Both the position numbers and the translations under genes were made by a program. Below the pieces are notes generated by a model. That model made no database searches and had not been told where the DNA came from. It saw only the letters and a list, made by a program, of their open reading frames with translations. A stretch of 64,000 nucleotides of DNA, from contig CACPPD010000002.1 of the NCBI GenBank assembly GCA_902635865.1, forward strand, positions 90,887 through 154,886. The letters are read 5' to 3'. The stretch is from an uncultured Pelagibacteraceae bacterium. Its GTDB lineage: Bacteria > Pseudomonadota > Alphaproteobacteria > Pelagibacterales > Pelagibacteraceae. Every line of letters starts with the position of its first letter. Position 1 is the first letter of the stretch. Positions 40,534 through 51,682 of the stretch are shown piece by piece.

Positions 40534-40630
40534 AGATTAATTTTTGTAAATTTCTTGATTTTTAGACTTGAAACCTCTATTTAGTTGTGAAAAAGTTAAG
40601 AAATTGAAATTAGCAGCAAGGAGCAATTTA

Positions 40631-41122
40631 ATGAGATTAAACAAAATTTTTAAAAACACACTTTTAGTATTAGCAGCTTGCCTAGTGCTATCTGCATGTG
40701 CAACGAAAAAAGAAGTAGCAACAGACATTCAAGGTCAAATGCAAGGTGATGTTTACACAGGAACAGACACAGTTGAATATTTAGCTGATGGTGTTCCAGA
40801 CAGGGTTTTCTTTGCAACAAATGAGTCGATATTAACAACTGCATCAAGAGAAACATTAAGAGCTCAAGCAGCTTGGTTAAGAAAAAATCCAAACATAAAT
40901 GTAGTACTTGAAGGCCATGCTGACGAAAGAGGAACAAGAGAATATAACTTGGCTCTTGGTGAAAGAAGAGCAAATGCAGCTAAAGACTATTTAATGACTT
41001 ACGGAATATCTTCTGACAGAATTACTGTGTTAAGTTATGGTAAGGAGAGACCAGTTGATTCTGGTTCAAACCCATTAGCTTGGTCAAAAAATAGAAGATC
41101 AGTAACTGTTAAAGCAAATTAA
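40631..41122 (+). CDS. pal: Peptidoglycan-associated lipoprotein; likely start ATG 40631
   Basis: AAGGAG SD upstream of 40631; lipobox LSAC; EGHADERGTREYNLALGERRA. Confidence 0.96.
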   Translation: MRLNKIFKNTLLVLAACLVLSACATKKEVATDIQGQMQGDVYTGTDTVEYLADGVPDRVFFATNESILTTASRETLRAQAAWLRKNPNINVVLEGHADERGTREYNLALGERRANAAKDYLMTYGISSDRITVLSYGKERPVDSGSNPLAWSKNRRSVTVKAN

Positions 41123-41135
41123 TTATTTAAAATTT

Positions 41136-41175
41136 AAGACCCTAAAATCTTTATTGGATTTAGGGTCTTTTTTTT
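41136..41175 (+). terminator. Rho-independent terminator after pal
   Basis: AAGACCCTAAA...TTTAGGGTCTT stem followed by a T-run. Confidence 0.88.
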
Positions 41176-41208
41176 GCCATTTTTATAATCATAAATCTAA
41201 CTTAAATA

Positions 41209-42213
41209 ATGATCATATTTAAATTAGTAATTTTAAAATTATTTTTTATCTTAAATTTGGTTTTTCTTAACATTTCTTTTGCAGATAACCATAATATCTA
41301 TGAAACATTAGAAATAATAAAAAATGATCTTAAAACTCTTGAAAGAGCAGTCTATTCTGGATCTATAGAAGTGAAAGCTAACATCAATGATAGTTCAGTT
41401 TCAGACTTGGATCAAAATTCAGAAGATGTTTTAACTAGACACTTATTAAAATTATCTGAGGTTGAGGATCAGTTTAGAGAACTCACTAATAAATTTGAAG
41501 AAATAAATTTTAAGTTGGATAAATTATCTACCCGTGTTTCAAAAATTCAAGCAGATAACCAAATAAGATTTCAAGATATAGAGAACAACGTTAGCTCTGG
41601 AAATATAAGTAGCGTAGAAAATCAATTGAGTTCAAAACCAAAGACAGATCAACAAAAAGTTTTACCTGGTAGTTCACAGCCCCAAGATTTAGGAACAATT
41701 TCATATAAAGATACAGAGACAAACGAAACTTCACAGCAAATTCAATCTGTAGATACTACGGCTTCAATTGTAACAGAAACTTTTCAGTCTGAAGAAAAAA
41801 TACTTCCTCAAGACTTAAATGCAGAGGAGCAATATGAATTTGCAACCAGTTTTTTAAAAGTTGGAGACTACAGTACAGCGGAAAGAGCTTTTAGAGAATT
41901 TGTTTTATCTAAACCTGATCATGAGTTAGCGGGTAGTGCACAATACTGGTATGCAGAAACATTCAGAATAAGACAATTGTATACTGATGCAGCTTCTGCT
42001 TATTTAGAGGGTTACCAAAAATATCCTAAAGGAAAAAAAGCTCCAATTAATCTATTAAAACTTGGAGTATCAATGGTTCAAATTGGTGAGAAAGACCAAG
42101 GATGTAAAATGATAAATGGCGTAGAATTACAATATCCTAATGCAAATCAGTCTGTAATACAAAAAGCAAAATATGAGTCCAAAAAATTTGAATGCATTAA
42201 ACAAGACTCATAA
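41209..42213 (+). CDS. cpoB: CpoB/YbgF
   Basis: Signal peptide, coiled coil, TPR (AQYWYAE, LLKLG); follows pal. Confidence 0.88.
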   Translation: MIIFKLVILKLFFILNLVFLNISFADNHNIYETLEIIKNDLKTLERAVYSGSIEVKANINDSSVSDLDQNSEDVLTRHLLKLSEVEDQFRELTNKFEEINFKLDKLSTRVSKIQADNQIRFQDIENNVSSGNISSVENQLSSKPKTDQQKVLPGSSQPQDLGTISYKDTETNETSQQIQSVDTTASIVTETFQSEEKILPQDLNAEEQYEFATSFLKVGDYSTAERAFREFVLSKPDHELAGSAQYWYAETFRIRQLYTDAASAYLEGYQKYPKGKKAPINLLKLGVSMVQIGEKDQGCKMINGVELQYPNANQSVIQKAKYESKKFECIKQDS

Positions 42214-43201
42214 GTTTTTATTAAATCAATTAAAAGATAAACAAACTTCTAAAATTTATAAAAAATTTGAAAAAAATCTTCATTTAAAAGAGGATTTTAT
42301 AGTTGCGGTTTCTGGTGGACCAGACAGTCTAGCTTTATGTTTTTTATCAAAAATTTATTCGATTAAAAAACACCTAAAAGTAAAATATTTTCATGTTGAC
42401 CATAAACTTAGAAATAATTCAACAAAAGAAGCAAAATTTGTAAAATTAGTTCTAAAAAAATTGTCTACTAATCTTGAGATTTTAACCTGGGTTGGAAAAA
42501 AACCAAAAAGCAACATTCAATCTATTGCAAGAAATAAAAGATATGCACTGATGATAAACAAGGCAAAAAAATTAAAAATAAATAATATTTTATTAGGTCA
42601 TCATAAGGATGATTTAATTGAGAATTTTTTTATTAGAATTTTAAGAGGTAGTGGTTTAAATGGTATGGTGTCATTTGATCAAAGAACCAACCTACGAAAT
42701 ACTAATTTGATAAGACCTCTATTAAATTTTTCTAAAAAAAATTTAGAACATATTACCAAAAAAGTTTTTAAAAATTATATTGAAGATCCCTCTAATAAAA
42801 ATAATGAATTTAAAAGAGTAAAAATTAGAAATTTTATAAAAAACTTGGAATTAGAGGGATTGGATAATGATAAATTTAATCTAACGATTAAAAATTTAAA
42901 ATTTGCAAACGAGTCAATTAAATACTTTGTAGAAAAAAATTTAAAAGACAATTCAACAATTACAAATATTAATAAGTTTGTTATTTTGAATAAAAATTTT
43001 TTTCTTAAACCAGAAGAAGTAGTTTTTAGGTCTCTAACAGAAGTGTTAAAAGCTGTTGGCAAAAAATACTATCCAGTACGAGGAAAAAAAATTGATAACT
43101 TAATTTATCGAATTAAAAATGATAACTCATTCATTACCACTTTAGGAAACTGTGTAATCAAGAAGGTGAATAACTCAGTTATAGTATCAAAAGAGCGCTA
43201 A
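42173..43201 (+). CDS. tilS: tRNA(Ile)-lysidine synthetase
   Basis: AVSGGPDS, VDHKLR, GHHKDD, RPLL, EDPSN. Confidence 0.95.
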   Translation: MSPKNLNALNKTHKFLLNQLKDKQTSKIYKKFEKNLHLKEDFIVAVSGGPDSLALCFLSKIYSIKKHLKVKYFHVDHKLRNNSTKEAKFVKLVLKKLSTNLEILTWVGKKPKSNIQSIARNKRYALMINKAKKLKINNILLGHHKDDLIENFFIRILRGSGLNGMVSFDQRTNLRNTNLIRPLLNFSKKNLEHITKKVFKNYIEDPSNKNNEFKRVKIRNFIKNLELEGLDNDKFNLTIKNLKFANESIKYFVEKNLKDNSTITNINKFVILNKNFFLKPEEVVFRSLTEVLKAVGKKYYPVRGKKIDNLIYRIKNDNSFITTLGNCVIKKVNNSVIVSKER

Positions 43202-43229
43202 AGTTGGTCAAATAACTGATATTTTGTCA

Positions 43230-43257
43230 CTTGTTAATTTAATAATAATTCTTATTT
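43230..43257 (+). promoter_or_regulatory. Predicted RpoH (sigma32) promoter of ftsH
   Basis: CTTG-N17-CTTATTT fits the alphaproteobacterial CTTG-N17/18-CyTATnT consensus. Confidence 0.5.
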
Positions 43258-43264
43258 TAAACCT

Positions 43265-45172
43265 ATGAATTTAAAAAATCTTGCTATGTGGGGAATAATA
43301 GTTTTTTTAACTATAGGTCTTTATAACATGTTTAAAAATCCACAGTCTAATGTTAGAGGTGGAAATCAGATAATATTTTCAGATTTTTTAAATTCAGTTG
43401 AGGATGGTGAAGTTCTTAAAGTTGAGATTCAGGGTAATAACATCAAAGGTACTTACTCGAATGGAAATTCTTTTTCAACTTATGCTCCTAATGATCCAAA
43501 TCTTATAGAAAAATTATCAGAGAAAGGTGTGAGTATTTCAGCAGCACCTTTAGATGAAAAAATGCCTTCATTGTTTGGTGTGCTCCTATCATGGTTTCCT
43601 ATGTTACTGCTTATTGCAGTATGGATTTTCTTTATGAGACAAATGCAAGGTGGCAAAGGTGGAGCAATGGGATTTGGAAAATCAAAAGCTAAAATGATGA
43701 ATGAGTTAAAAGGAAAAGTTACTTTTAATGATGTCGCTGGTGTAGAGGAAGCTAAAGAAGAAGTAGAAGAAATGGTTGAATTCTTAAAAGATCCAAAAAA
43801 ATTTAGTAGGTTGGGTGGTAAAATTCCAAGAGGAGCTTTACTTGTTGGCCCCCCAGGGACTGGTAAAACTTTATTAGCAAGAGCAATTGCGGGAGAAGCA
43901 GGAGTTCCGTTTTTCACTATTTCAGGTTCTGATTTTGTTGAGATGTTCGTTGGAGTAGGAGCATCAAGAGTAAGAGATATGTTTGAACAAGGTAAAAAAA
44001 ATTCTCCATGTATTATCTTTATAGATGAGATAGATGCTGTTGGAAGAAGTAGAGGAGCAGGTTTAGGGGGTGGAAATGACGAGAGAGAACAAACCTTAAA
44101 CCAGTTGTTAGTTGAAATGGATGGTTTTGATACAAATGAAGGTGTCATCATTATAGCTGCAACAAACAGACCAGATGTGCTCGATCCAGCATTATTGAGA
44201 CCAGGAAGGTTTGATAGACAGGTAGTAGTTTCAAACCCAGATATTATAGGAAGAGAAAAAATTTTAAAAGTTCATGTAAAAAAAATAAAAATGGCGCCAG
44301 ATGTTAACTTAAGAACAATTGCAAGAGGCACGCCAGGATTTTCAGGAGCTGATCTTGCAAATATAGTTAATGAAGCAGCTCTGTTAGCAGCAAGAAAAAA
44401 TAAGAGGATAGTCACATTACTAGAATTTGAGGAAGCAAAAGACAAAGTTATGATGGGTGCTGAAAGACGTTCAATGGTCATGACAGAAGATGAGAAAAAA
44501 CTAACTGCATACCATGAAGGTGGACATGCTCTAGTGTCATTTAACATGCCAAGTTATGATCCAATTCATAAAGCTACTATTATACCAAGAGGAAGAGCTC
44601 TTGGAATGGTAATGAACTTACCTGAAAGAGACAAACACGGTTACTCAATAAAATATCTTAAAGCAAGACTAGCAGTTTGTTTTGGAGGAAGAGTAGCTGA
44701 AGAATTAATTTTTGGAAAAGATAATATATCTACAGGAGCAGGTGGAGGAAATGGGTCTGATATTAACCAGGCTACACAACTTGCAAGAGCCATGGTGACA
44801 AAATATGGAATGAGTGAAGAAATGGGTCCAGTTGAATATGGAGAAAACCAAGAAGAAGTGTTTTTGGGAAGATCAGTTACTCAAACTCAATCGGTATCAG
44901 AGGAAGTTGCTCAGAAAATTGATAAAGAAATAAGAAAGCTTGTCGATGAAGGATATAATAAAGCAAAGGAAATTTTAACAGAAAAAATAGATGATCTACA
45001 TAAAATTGCTAAAGCTCTAATAACTTATGAGACTTTAACTGGTGAAGAAATAGAGAATATAATTAATAAAAATTTATATCCTAAAGATAAAATTTTAGAT
45101 AATCCAGAGTCAAAAGATGATCAAGACTCAGCTTTGGGCGCGATGGGTTTGAAACCAAAAATTGTTCATTAG
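43265..45172 (+). CDS. ftsH: ATP-dependent zinc protease FtsH
   Basis: [26 protein letters not shown]. Confidence 0.99.
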   Translation: MNLKNLAMWGIIVFLTIGLYNMFKNPQSNVRGGNQIIFSDFLNSVEDGEVLKVEIQGNNIKGTYSNGNSFSTYAPNDPNLIEKLSEKGVSISAAPLDEKMPSLFGVLLSWFPMLLLIAVWIFFMRQMQGGKGGAMGFGKSKAKMMNELKGKVTFNDVAGVEEAKEEVEEMVEFLKDPKKFSRLGGKIPRGALLVGPPGTGKTLLARAIAGEAGVPFFTISGSDFVEMFVGVGASRVRDMFEQGKKNSPCIIFIDEIDAVGRSRGAGLGGGNDEREQTLNQLLVEMDGFDTNEGVIIIAATNRPDVLDPALLRPGRFDRQVVVSNPDIIGREKILKVHVKKIKMAPDVNLRTIARGTPGFSGADLANIVNEAALLAARKNKRIVTLLEFEEAKDKVMMGAERRSMVMTEDEKKLTAYHEGGHALVSFNMPSYDPIHKATIIPRGRALGMVMNLPERDKHGYSIKYLKARLAVCFGGRVAEELIFGKDNISTGAGGGNGSDINQATQLARAMVTKYGMSEEMGPVEYGENQEEVFLGRSVTQTQSVSEEVAQKIDKEIRKLVDEGYNKAKEILTEKIDDLHKIAKALITYETLTGEEIENIINKNLYPKDKILDNPESKDDQDSALGAMGLKPKIVH

Positions 45173-45178
45173 TAAATA

Positions 45179-46231
45179 ATGCCAAGATATTACACAAGAG
45201 CGTGTAATTTCTACTTCGGTAAACAATCAAAAATTTTAGTAAATAAAAAACAATCTATCCCTTTACATCAGATTAAAGAAATATCTTTTGACCATGTTGA
45301 GATAATTACAAGAAAAAAAATTAGAAAAATTTCAATAAAAAAAATTAGAAATTTATCAAAAAAATTAAAAACAAAAATAAATTTAGATTTAAAAAAAATA
45401 ACGTCGAAAAAATCAAATTTTTCAAATTTAAATTTTAAAAAAATTCCGAATATATTAGGTGTTTTAAATTTAACTCCTGATAGTTTTTCCGATGGAGGAA
45501 AATTTAACAAAAAAAATAAAGGCGTCAGTCATGCTATCAATTTATATAAAACTGGTGCTTCGTTAGTAGATGTTGGCGGAGAGTCTACAAGACCAGGATC
45601 GAAGGAAGTAAATAAAAATCGAGAATGGTATAGAATTAATAAGACATTAAAATTAATTGTAAAAAAAATACCAATATCTTTAGACACAAGAAAATCTCCA
45701 ATTATGGAAAATGGTATTAGAATGGGGGTTAAACTTATTAATGATGTTTCAGGATTAAGCCATGATCCTAAAACAATAAATGTTTTAAAAAAGTATAAAA
45801 TTCCATTTGTAATACAGCATTCAGTTGGGACACCAGAAAATATGCAAAAGAACCCAATATATAAAAATGAATTATTAGATATATATGATTATTTTGAAGA
45901 TAAAATTAAGTTAATAAGGTCTAAAGGTATTAAACACAATAATATAATTTTAGATCCTGGAATTGGATTTGGAAAAAATTTGAAACATAATATGAATCTT
46001 ATAAGAGGTGTTTCTATTTTTCATTCATTAGGTTTTCCTATACTAGTAGGTAATTCAAGAAAAAGATTTATTAAAGATATATCAAAAAAAAATGATAGTA
46101 AATCAAGGATTGGTGGGACTATGGCTTCTTCAATTTATTTAATGATGCAAGGAATTCAGATTTTAAGAATTCACGATGTTAATGAAGTTATACAAGGTAT
46201 TAAAGTTTTTAATCAGATAATCAAAAATTAA
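45179..46231 (+). CDS. folP: Dihydropteroate synthase with N-terminal extension
   Basis: NLTPDSFSDGG, GGESTRPG, DPGIGFGK, SRKRF, RIHDV. Confidence 0.96.
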   Translation: MPRYYTRACNFYFGKQSKILVNKKQSIPLHQIKEISFDHVEIITRKKIRKISIKKIRNLSKKLKTKINLDLKKITSKKSNFSNLNFKKIPNILGVLNLTPDSFSDGGKFNKKNKGVSHAINLYKTGASLVDVGGESTRPGSKEVNKNREWYRINKTLKLIVKKIPISLDTRKSPIMENGIRMGVKLINDVSGLSHDPKTINVLKKYKIPFVIQHSVGTPENMQKNPIYKNELLDIYDYFEDKIKLIRSKGIKHNNIILDPGIGFGKNLKHNMNLIRGVSIFHSLGFPILVGNSRKRFIKDISKKNDSKSRIGGTMASSIYLMMQGIQILRIHDVNEVIQGIKVFNQIIKN

Positions 46232-47562
46232 TGACAAAAAAATATTTTGGAACAGATGGAATAAGGGGAGCAGTTAATAGTAAATTTATAAATGGAGATA
46301 TGTTCTTTAAATTTGGACTTGCTAGCGGAACATACTTTAAATCTCAAAAAAAAAGAAAACAAACAGCAATAATTGCAAAAGATACTAGATTGTCTGGATA
46401 TGCACTCGAGCCGGCTCTTGTTTCAGGCTTGGCCTCCGCCGGTATGCATGTTTATACTTTAGGGCCTTTGCCAACTAATGGGCTGGCTATGCTAACAAAA
46501 GAAATGAAGGCTAACATGGGGATAATGATCACTGCCTCTCACAATCCACATTTTGACAATGGTTTAAAATTGTTTGGTCCTGATGGAATGAAATTATCAG
46601 ATAAAATAGAAAAAAAAATTGAAGGAATTATAGATAAGAAAATCTCTAAAAACCTTTCGAATTCTGAAAAATTAGGAAGAGTTAAAAGATTAGAAACAGG
46701 CACCAAAAAATATATTAAAATATTAAAAAAAAATTTTACAAAAGAGTTCAATTTAAGAGGACTAAGAATAGTAATTGATTGTGCAAATGGTGCTGGTTAT
46801 AAGGCAGGTCCCGAATTATTGAAATCATTAGGAGCTAAAGTCATAGCAATAGGTGTAAAACCAAATGGTTTGAATATTAATTATAAATGTGGATCAACTT
46901 TTCCAAGAAAAATTAGATCTGCAGTAAAAAAATATAAGGCACATATCGGGATATCATTAGATGGAGATGCTGACAGAATTATAATGTGTGATGAAAAAAG
47001 CAATATAATTGATGGAGATCAAATTATAGCTGCTTTAGCAACAAGATGGAAAAATAAAAAAATGTTAAGAGGAGGGGTTGTTGGAACATTAATGTCAAAT
47101 TATGGTTTAGAAAAATATTTTAAATCAAAAGAAATAAAATTTTTAAGGGCAAATGTCGGAGACAGATATGTTAAAGAAAAAATGCAAAAATATAATTTCA
47201 ATTTAGGTGGTGAACAATCAGGACATATTATTTTAGGTAAATTTGCAACTACGGGAGATGGTTTGTTAGTAGCTTTAGAAGCTCTTTTTGCTATAAGAAA
47301 AGGAAAAAAAGCAAGTGAATTTTTTGAACAATTTAAGAAAACACCCCAGCTCTTAGAAAATATCGAAGTAAAAAATAAAAATATTATTAACAAACCGGAG
47401 ATAAAAAAAACTATCAAAAATGCAGATAATTTAATTAAAGGTGAAGGAAGAATTTTAGTAAGAAAATCAGGAACAGAGTCTAAAATAAGAGTAATGGGAG
47501 AAAGTGAAAATAAAGCCCTTCTATATAAATGTGTGAAAATGATCACGAAAAAAATTAAATAA
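46231..47562 (+). CDS. glmM: Phosphoglucosamine mutase
   Basis: FGTDGIRG, TASHNP, DGDADR, GGEQSGH. Confidence 0.97.
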   Translation: MTKKYFGTDGIRGAVNSKFINGDMFFKFGLASGTYFKSQKKRKQTAIIAKDTRLSGYALEPALVSGLASAGMHVYTLGPLPTNGLAMLTKEMKANMGIMITASHNPHFDNGLKLFGPDGMKLSDKIEKKIEGIIDKKISKNLSNSEKLGRVKRLETGTKKYIKILKKNFTKEFNLRGLRIVIDCANGAGYKAGPELLKSLGAKVIAIGVKPNGLNINYKCGSTFPRKIRSAVKKYKAHIGISLDGDADRIIMCDEKSNIIDGDQIIAALATRWKNKKMLRGGVVGTLMSNYGLEKYFKSKEIKFLRANVGDRYVKEKMQKYNFNLGGEQSGHIILGKFATTGDGLLVALEALFAIRKGKKASEFFEQFKKTPQLLENIEVKNKNIINKPEIKKTIKNADNLIKGEGRILVRKSGTESKIRVMGESENKALLYKCVKMITKKIK

Positions 47563-47563
47563 A

Positions 47564-48376
47564 TTGAAACCTAATTCTAAAATTTTAATTATTGCAGGAT
47601 CTGACTCATCTGGTGGAGCAGGTATTCAAGCTGACATAAAAACTGTTACTGCTTTAGGCTCTTATGCAATGACAGCAATAACTGCAGTTACATCGCAAAA
47701 TACCAAAGGTGTAAAATCAATTATTGGGATTAATCCAAAAGAAATTTTTAATCAAATTATTTATACTTGCAAAGATATAAGACCTGATGCAATAAAAATT
47801 GGTATGCTTCATTCTTCAGAGGTTATTAGAATGGTATTAAAAGCTTTGGATGTAATTAAAATTAAAAAAATCGTATTAGATCCAGTGATGGTTGCTAAAG
47901 GAGGAGCTAAACTGATAAATAGTAAAGCTATTCAATTATTAAAATTAAAACTAATTAAAAAAGTATCGCTTATTACGCCCAACATCCCTGAGGCAGAAAT
48001 TTTGACTAAAACAAAAATTATAACAAAAGAGGATATGATTTTTGCTGCCAATAAACTTATAGGGTTAGGTGCAAAAAATGTACTGATAAAAGGTGGCCAT
48101 TTAAAACATAAAAATGTAATAGATATTTTAATAAACACAAAAGAAATTAAAATCTTTAAAAGCGAGCGTCACAAAACAAAGAATACTCATGGTACAGGTT
48201 GTACTTTATCTAGCTCAGTTACAACTTTTCTTTCATGTGGAAAAACAGTAAAGAAATCTTGTGAGCTTGGCATTAAGTATGTAAATTCAGCAATTAAATC
48301 AAACCCGCAATATGGAAAAGGTCATGGCCCAATTAACCATCTCACTTCCTTAAAAGTAAACAGAAAATTTAAATAA
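47564..48376 (+). CDS. thiD: HMP/HMP-P kinase
   Basis: [25 protein letters not shown]. Confidence 0.96.
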   Translation: MKPNSKILIIAGSDSSGGAGIQADIKTVTALGSYAMTAITAVTSQNTKGVKSIIGINPKEIFNQIIYTCKDIRPDAIKIGMLHSSEVIRMVLKALDVIKIKKIVLDPVMVAKGGAKLINSKAIQLLKLKLIKKVSLITPNIPEAEILTKTKIITKEDMIFAANKLIGLGAKNVLIKGGHLKHKNVIDILINTKEIKIFKSERHKTKNTHGTGCTLSSSVTTFLSCGKTVKKSCELGIKYVNSAIKSNPQYGKGHGPINHLTSLKVNRKFK

Positions 48377-49668
48377 TGAAAAATATAGTCGTTGTTGGAT
48401 CTCAATGGGGTGACGAAGGCAAAGGAAAAATTGTTGATTGGTTATCCGAACAGGCTGATGTGGTAATAAGATTTCAAGGAGGTCACAATGCTGGCCACAC
48501 TTTAGTGATTGATGGTGTTACATATAAATTGAGATTACTGCCATCTGGCATAGTTAGAGAAGGCAAAATATCAATTATTGGCAACGGAGTTGTCGTAGAT
48601 CCATGGGCTTTATTAGAGGAAATAGAAGAAATAAAATCTAAAGGTGTAGAAGTAAATGTAAATAATTTTATTATTTCAGAATCTGCAAATTTGATTTTGC
48701 CTTTTCATAGGGAAATGGATGAGATTAGGGAAGATGCAGCAGGAAAAAGTAAAATAGGAACCACAAGACGTGGAATTGGACCGGCTTATGAAGATAAAGT
48801 CGGGAGAAGATCCATAAGAGTTATGGATCTAAGTTCTGAAAAAAATTTAGATCAAAGACTTGATTCTGTATTAGTTCATCATAATGCAATTAGAAAAGGT
48901 CTGGGAAAAAAAATTTTTGAAAAAGATCAGCTTAAATCTGATTTGCTTAAAATAGCACCTAAAATATTAGAATTCTCTCAGCCAGTTTGGCAAAAGATTG
49001 ATCAATTTAAAAAACAAAAAAAGAAAATTTTATTTGAAGGAGCCCAAGGGATTTTACTTGATGTAGATCATGGAACTTATCCTTTTGTAACTTCTTCTAA
49101 TACAGTTGCCTCAACCGCAGCGACAGGAACCGGTTGCGGCCCTAATTCGATAAATTATGTTCTTGGAATTACAAAAGCTTATACAACAAGAGTTGGAGAA
49201 GGTCCTTTTCCTACAGAGTTAACAGATGATATTGGTGAACTTTTAGGAACACGTGGAAAAGAATTTGGAACTGTTACAAGTAGAAAAAGAAGATGTGGAT
49301 GGTTTGATGGTGTTTTAGTAAGGCAGACTATTAAAGTTTCAGGCATTGATGGTATTGCTTTAACGAAATTAGATGTACTTGATGAATTTGACGAAATTAA
49401 AATGTGTGTTGCTTATGAAATTGACGGTAAAAGATTAGATTATTTACCTGCTGCTGTTGAAGACCAAATAAAAATAAAACCAATTTATGAAACTTACCCA
49501 GGATGGAAAGTTTCTACGAATGGAATCAAAAATATGGACTTGTTACCTGAAAATGCAAAAAAATATATTTTTGCAGTAGAAGATTTTATTGGTGCAAAAG
49601 TATCAAGTATTTCAACTAGTCCAGAAAGAGATGATACTATCTTAATTGAAAATCCTTTTGAAGTTTAG
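48376..49668 (+). CDS. purA: Adenylosuccinate synthase
   Basis: [29 protein letters not shown]. Confidence 0.99.
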   Translation: MKNIVVVGSQWGDEGKGKIVDWLSEQADVVIRFQGGHNAGHTLVIDGVTYKLRLLPSGIVREGKISIIGNGVVVDPWALLEEIEEIKSKGVEVNVNNFIISESANLILPFHREMDEIREDAAGKSKIGTTRRGIGPAYEDKVGRRSIRVMDLSSEKNLDQRLDSVLVHHNAIRKGLGKKIFEKDQLKSDLLKIAPKILEFSQPVWQKIDQFKKQKKKILFEGAQGILLDVDHGTYPFVTSSNTVASTAATGTGCGPNSINYVLGITKAYTTRVGEGPFPTELTDDIGELLGTRGKEFGTVTSRKRRCGWFDGVLVRQTIKVSGIDGIALTKLDVLDEFDEIKMCVAYEIDGKRLDYLPAAVEDQIKIKPIYETYPGWKVSTNGIKNMDLLPENAKKYIFAVEDFIGAKVSSISTSPERDDTILIENPFEV

Positions 49669-50558
49669 TTTGCGGGCAAAAGATTTTTTGATTTTGCCAA
49701 CAGAAGCATATGCTTTTGTAGTTTTTCAAATGCTTTATTTTCAATTTGTCTAACTCTTTCTCTGCTAATTTTGTATTTTTTACTTAAATCCTCTAGTGTA
49801 GTTGGGTCATCATTAAGTCTTCTAGAGTATAAAATTTCTCTTTCTCTATCGTTAAGAACTTTAATAGAGTCTTTTAATAAATCTTTTCTTTGCTCCATTT
49901 CTTCGTGGTGAGCAAATTTTAAATCATGATCAAGTTCTTTATCAACCAGCCAGTCTTGCCATTCATCGCCATCTTCTCCAACTTGAGCATTTAACGAGAA
50001 CTCCTTCCCAGAAAGTCTTCTATTCATTGAAACGACTTCTTCTTTACTCACATCGAGCTTATTAGCTATATGATCAACATGTTCATCTCTTAAGTCTCCT
50101 TCAGTCTCTGGAGAAATTTGATTTTTAATTTTTTTTAAATTAAAAAATAATTTTTTTTGAGCAGTTGTAGTTCCAATTTTGACTAGACTCCAAGATCTTA
50201 GAATATATTCTTGAATAGAGGCCTTAATCCACCACATTGCATAAGTTGCCAATCTAAAACCTTTTTCTGGTTCAAATTTCTTAACAGCTTGCATAAGACC
50301 CACATTTCCCTCTGAAATCATTTCATTAATAGGTAAACCATATCCTTTGTAGCCCATAGCAATCTTTGCAACCAATCTTAGGTGACTAGTGACAAGTTTT
50401 TCTGCAGCTTTAATATTACCAGTTGTTTTCCAATTTTTTGCTAGCATATATTCCTCTTCTGCAGCTAACATCGGAAATTTTTTAATCTGCTCTAAATATG
50501 CAGATAGCCCTCCTTCATTAGAAAGTGTTGGCAGATTGTTACTCATTGTTGTACTCAT
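49665..50558 (-). CDS. rpoH: RNA polymerase sigma factor RpoH
   Basis: RpoH box [12 protein letters not shown]; SRERVRQIE. Confidence 0.97.
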   Translation of the reverse strand: MSTTMSNNLPTLSNEGGLSAYLEQIKKFPMLAAEEEYMLAKNWKTTGNIKAAEKLVTSHLRLVAKIAMGYKGYGLPINEMISEGNVGLMQAVKKFEPEKGFRLATYAMWWIKASIQEYILRSWSLVKIGTTTAQKKLFFNLKKIKNQISPETEGDLRDEHVDHIANKLDVSKEEVVSMNRRLSGKEFSLNAQVGEDGDEWQDWLVDKELDHDLKFAHHEEMEQRKDLLKDSIKVLNDREREILYSRRLNDDPTTLEDLSKKYKISRERVRQIENKAFEKLQKHMLLLAKSKNLLPAN

Positions 50559-50599
50559 AGAAGTGTTTATTTAATTAATTATAGCTAATTTTCAATAAT

Positions 50600-51580
50600 T
50601 TATTCTTCAGTGTTTCTAAGCTTTTTTAGAATATTATTTAGATCTTGTGGCAAAAGTGAGGAAAAAATCATCTCTTTCTTGGTACGTGGATGAATAAATC
50701 CTAAAGTTTTTGCATGCAGGAATTGTCTATTTAGTTTAGTAATTGAATTTTGGATGTCTAAATCGATATTTTTTAATTTTTTATATTTTTTTTTATATTT
50801 ATCATCTCCAACTAGACTATTACCTTTGTAATTCATATGGACTCTTATTTGATGTGTTCTTCCAGTTTCTAATTTACATTCAACTAAACTTAAAGTTGGT
50901 GTTTTCTGGTTTTCAAAAATTTCAAGTGTTTTATAATTTGTTACAGCTTTTTTACCTTTAGAATTACTAACTTCCATAAGTTGTCTATTTTTTGAACTGC
51001 GAGTTATAAATGTTTCAATCTTTCCTGAAGATGGTCTTAATTTTCCCCATATTAAAAGTTGGTACTCTCTTATAATTGTATGATCACTAAATTGTTTTGA
51101 TAAATTTTCATGAGTTTCATTGTTTTTTGCAATTACAACTAAACCAGAAGTGTTTTTATCAATTCTATGAACAATACCAGGTCTTAACTCATCACCTATA
51201 TTTGATAAAGAATTCTTATCATAATGCATCAATGCATTAACAATTGTTTTATCATAATTTCCAGCCCCAGGATGCATGATTACTCCGGCAGGTTTATTAA
51301 TAACTAATAGATCAAAATCTTCGTATATTATTTCTAATTTAAATTCGTAGGGTTTGAGGGATGCTATTTCAGGCTCTGGAATCTTAAGATTTATAGTGTC
51401 ACCAATTGAGACTTTTTTTGATGGACTTTTAATTATTTCATTATTTAATGTTAAATTTTCTTTTAAAATTAAATTTTTAATTCTAGTTCTACTAATTAAT
51501 TCCTCTCTTTTGTTAATTAAAACATCAACCCTTAAATTCTTCTCATCCTCTTTGACTATAAAATTAATGTTTTTTTCCAT
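50600..51580 (-). CDS. rluD: RluA/RluD pseudouridine synthase
   Basis: S4 domain, NKPAG, GIVHRIDKNTSG, ETGRTHQIRVH. Confidence 0.92.
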   Translation of the reverse strand: MEKNINFIVKEDEKNLRVDVLINKREELISRTRIKNLILKENLTLNNEIIKSPSKKVSIGDTINLKIPEPEIASLKPYEFKLEIIYEDFDLLVINKPAGVIMHPGAGNYDKTIVNALMHYDKNSLSNIGDELRPGIVHRIDKNTSGLVVIAKNNETHENLSKQFSDHTIIREYQLLIWGKLRPSSGKIETFITRSSKNRQLMEVSNSKGKKAVTNYKTLEIFENQKTPTLSLVECKLETGRTHQIRVHMNYKGNSLVGDDKYKKKYKKLKNIDLDIQNSITKLNRQFLHAKTLGFIHPRTKKEMIFSSLLPQDLNNILKKLRNTEE

Positions 51581-51603
51581 AAAATATAATAATAATACTA
51601 TAT

Positions 51604-51680
51604 GCGCTTGTAGCTCAACTGGATAGAGCGCCTGACTTCGGATCAGGAGGTTCTGGGTTCGACTCCTAGCAGGCGCACCA
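51604..51680 (+). tRNA. tRNA-Arg (anticodon TCG)
   Basis: Full cloverleaf; anticodon arm CCTGA-CTTCGGA-TCAGG; A20; encoded CCA. Confidence 0.95.
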
Positions 51681-51682
51681 AC

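Noticed and set aside
40568-40630. Extended pal N-terminus from TTG 40568
   Set aside because: ATG 40631 has an AAGGAG SD and gives a normal lipoprotein signal length
33784-43264. CtrA-like TTAA-N7-TTAA boxes near division and envelope genes
   Set aside because: TTAA is too frequent in this AT-rich DNA to call by eye
43480-44151. 223-aa antisense ORF inside ftsH, and the other short antisense or nested ORFs in the track
   Set aside because: In-register shadows of conserved genes caused by codon bias; no motifs or translation signals
45179-45450. FolP N-terminal extension as a novel domain
   Set aside because: Similar extensions occur in other alphaproteobacterial FolP proteins; no independent motif
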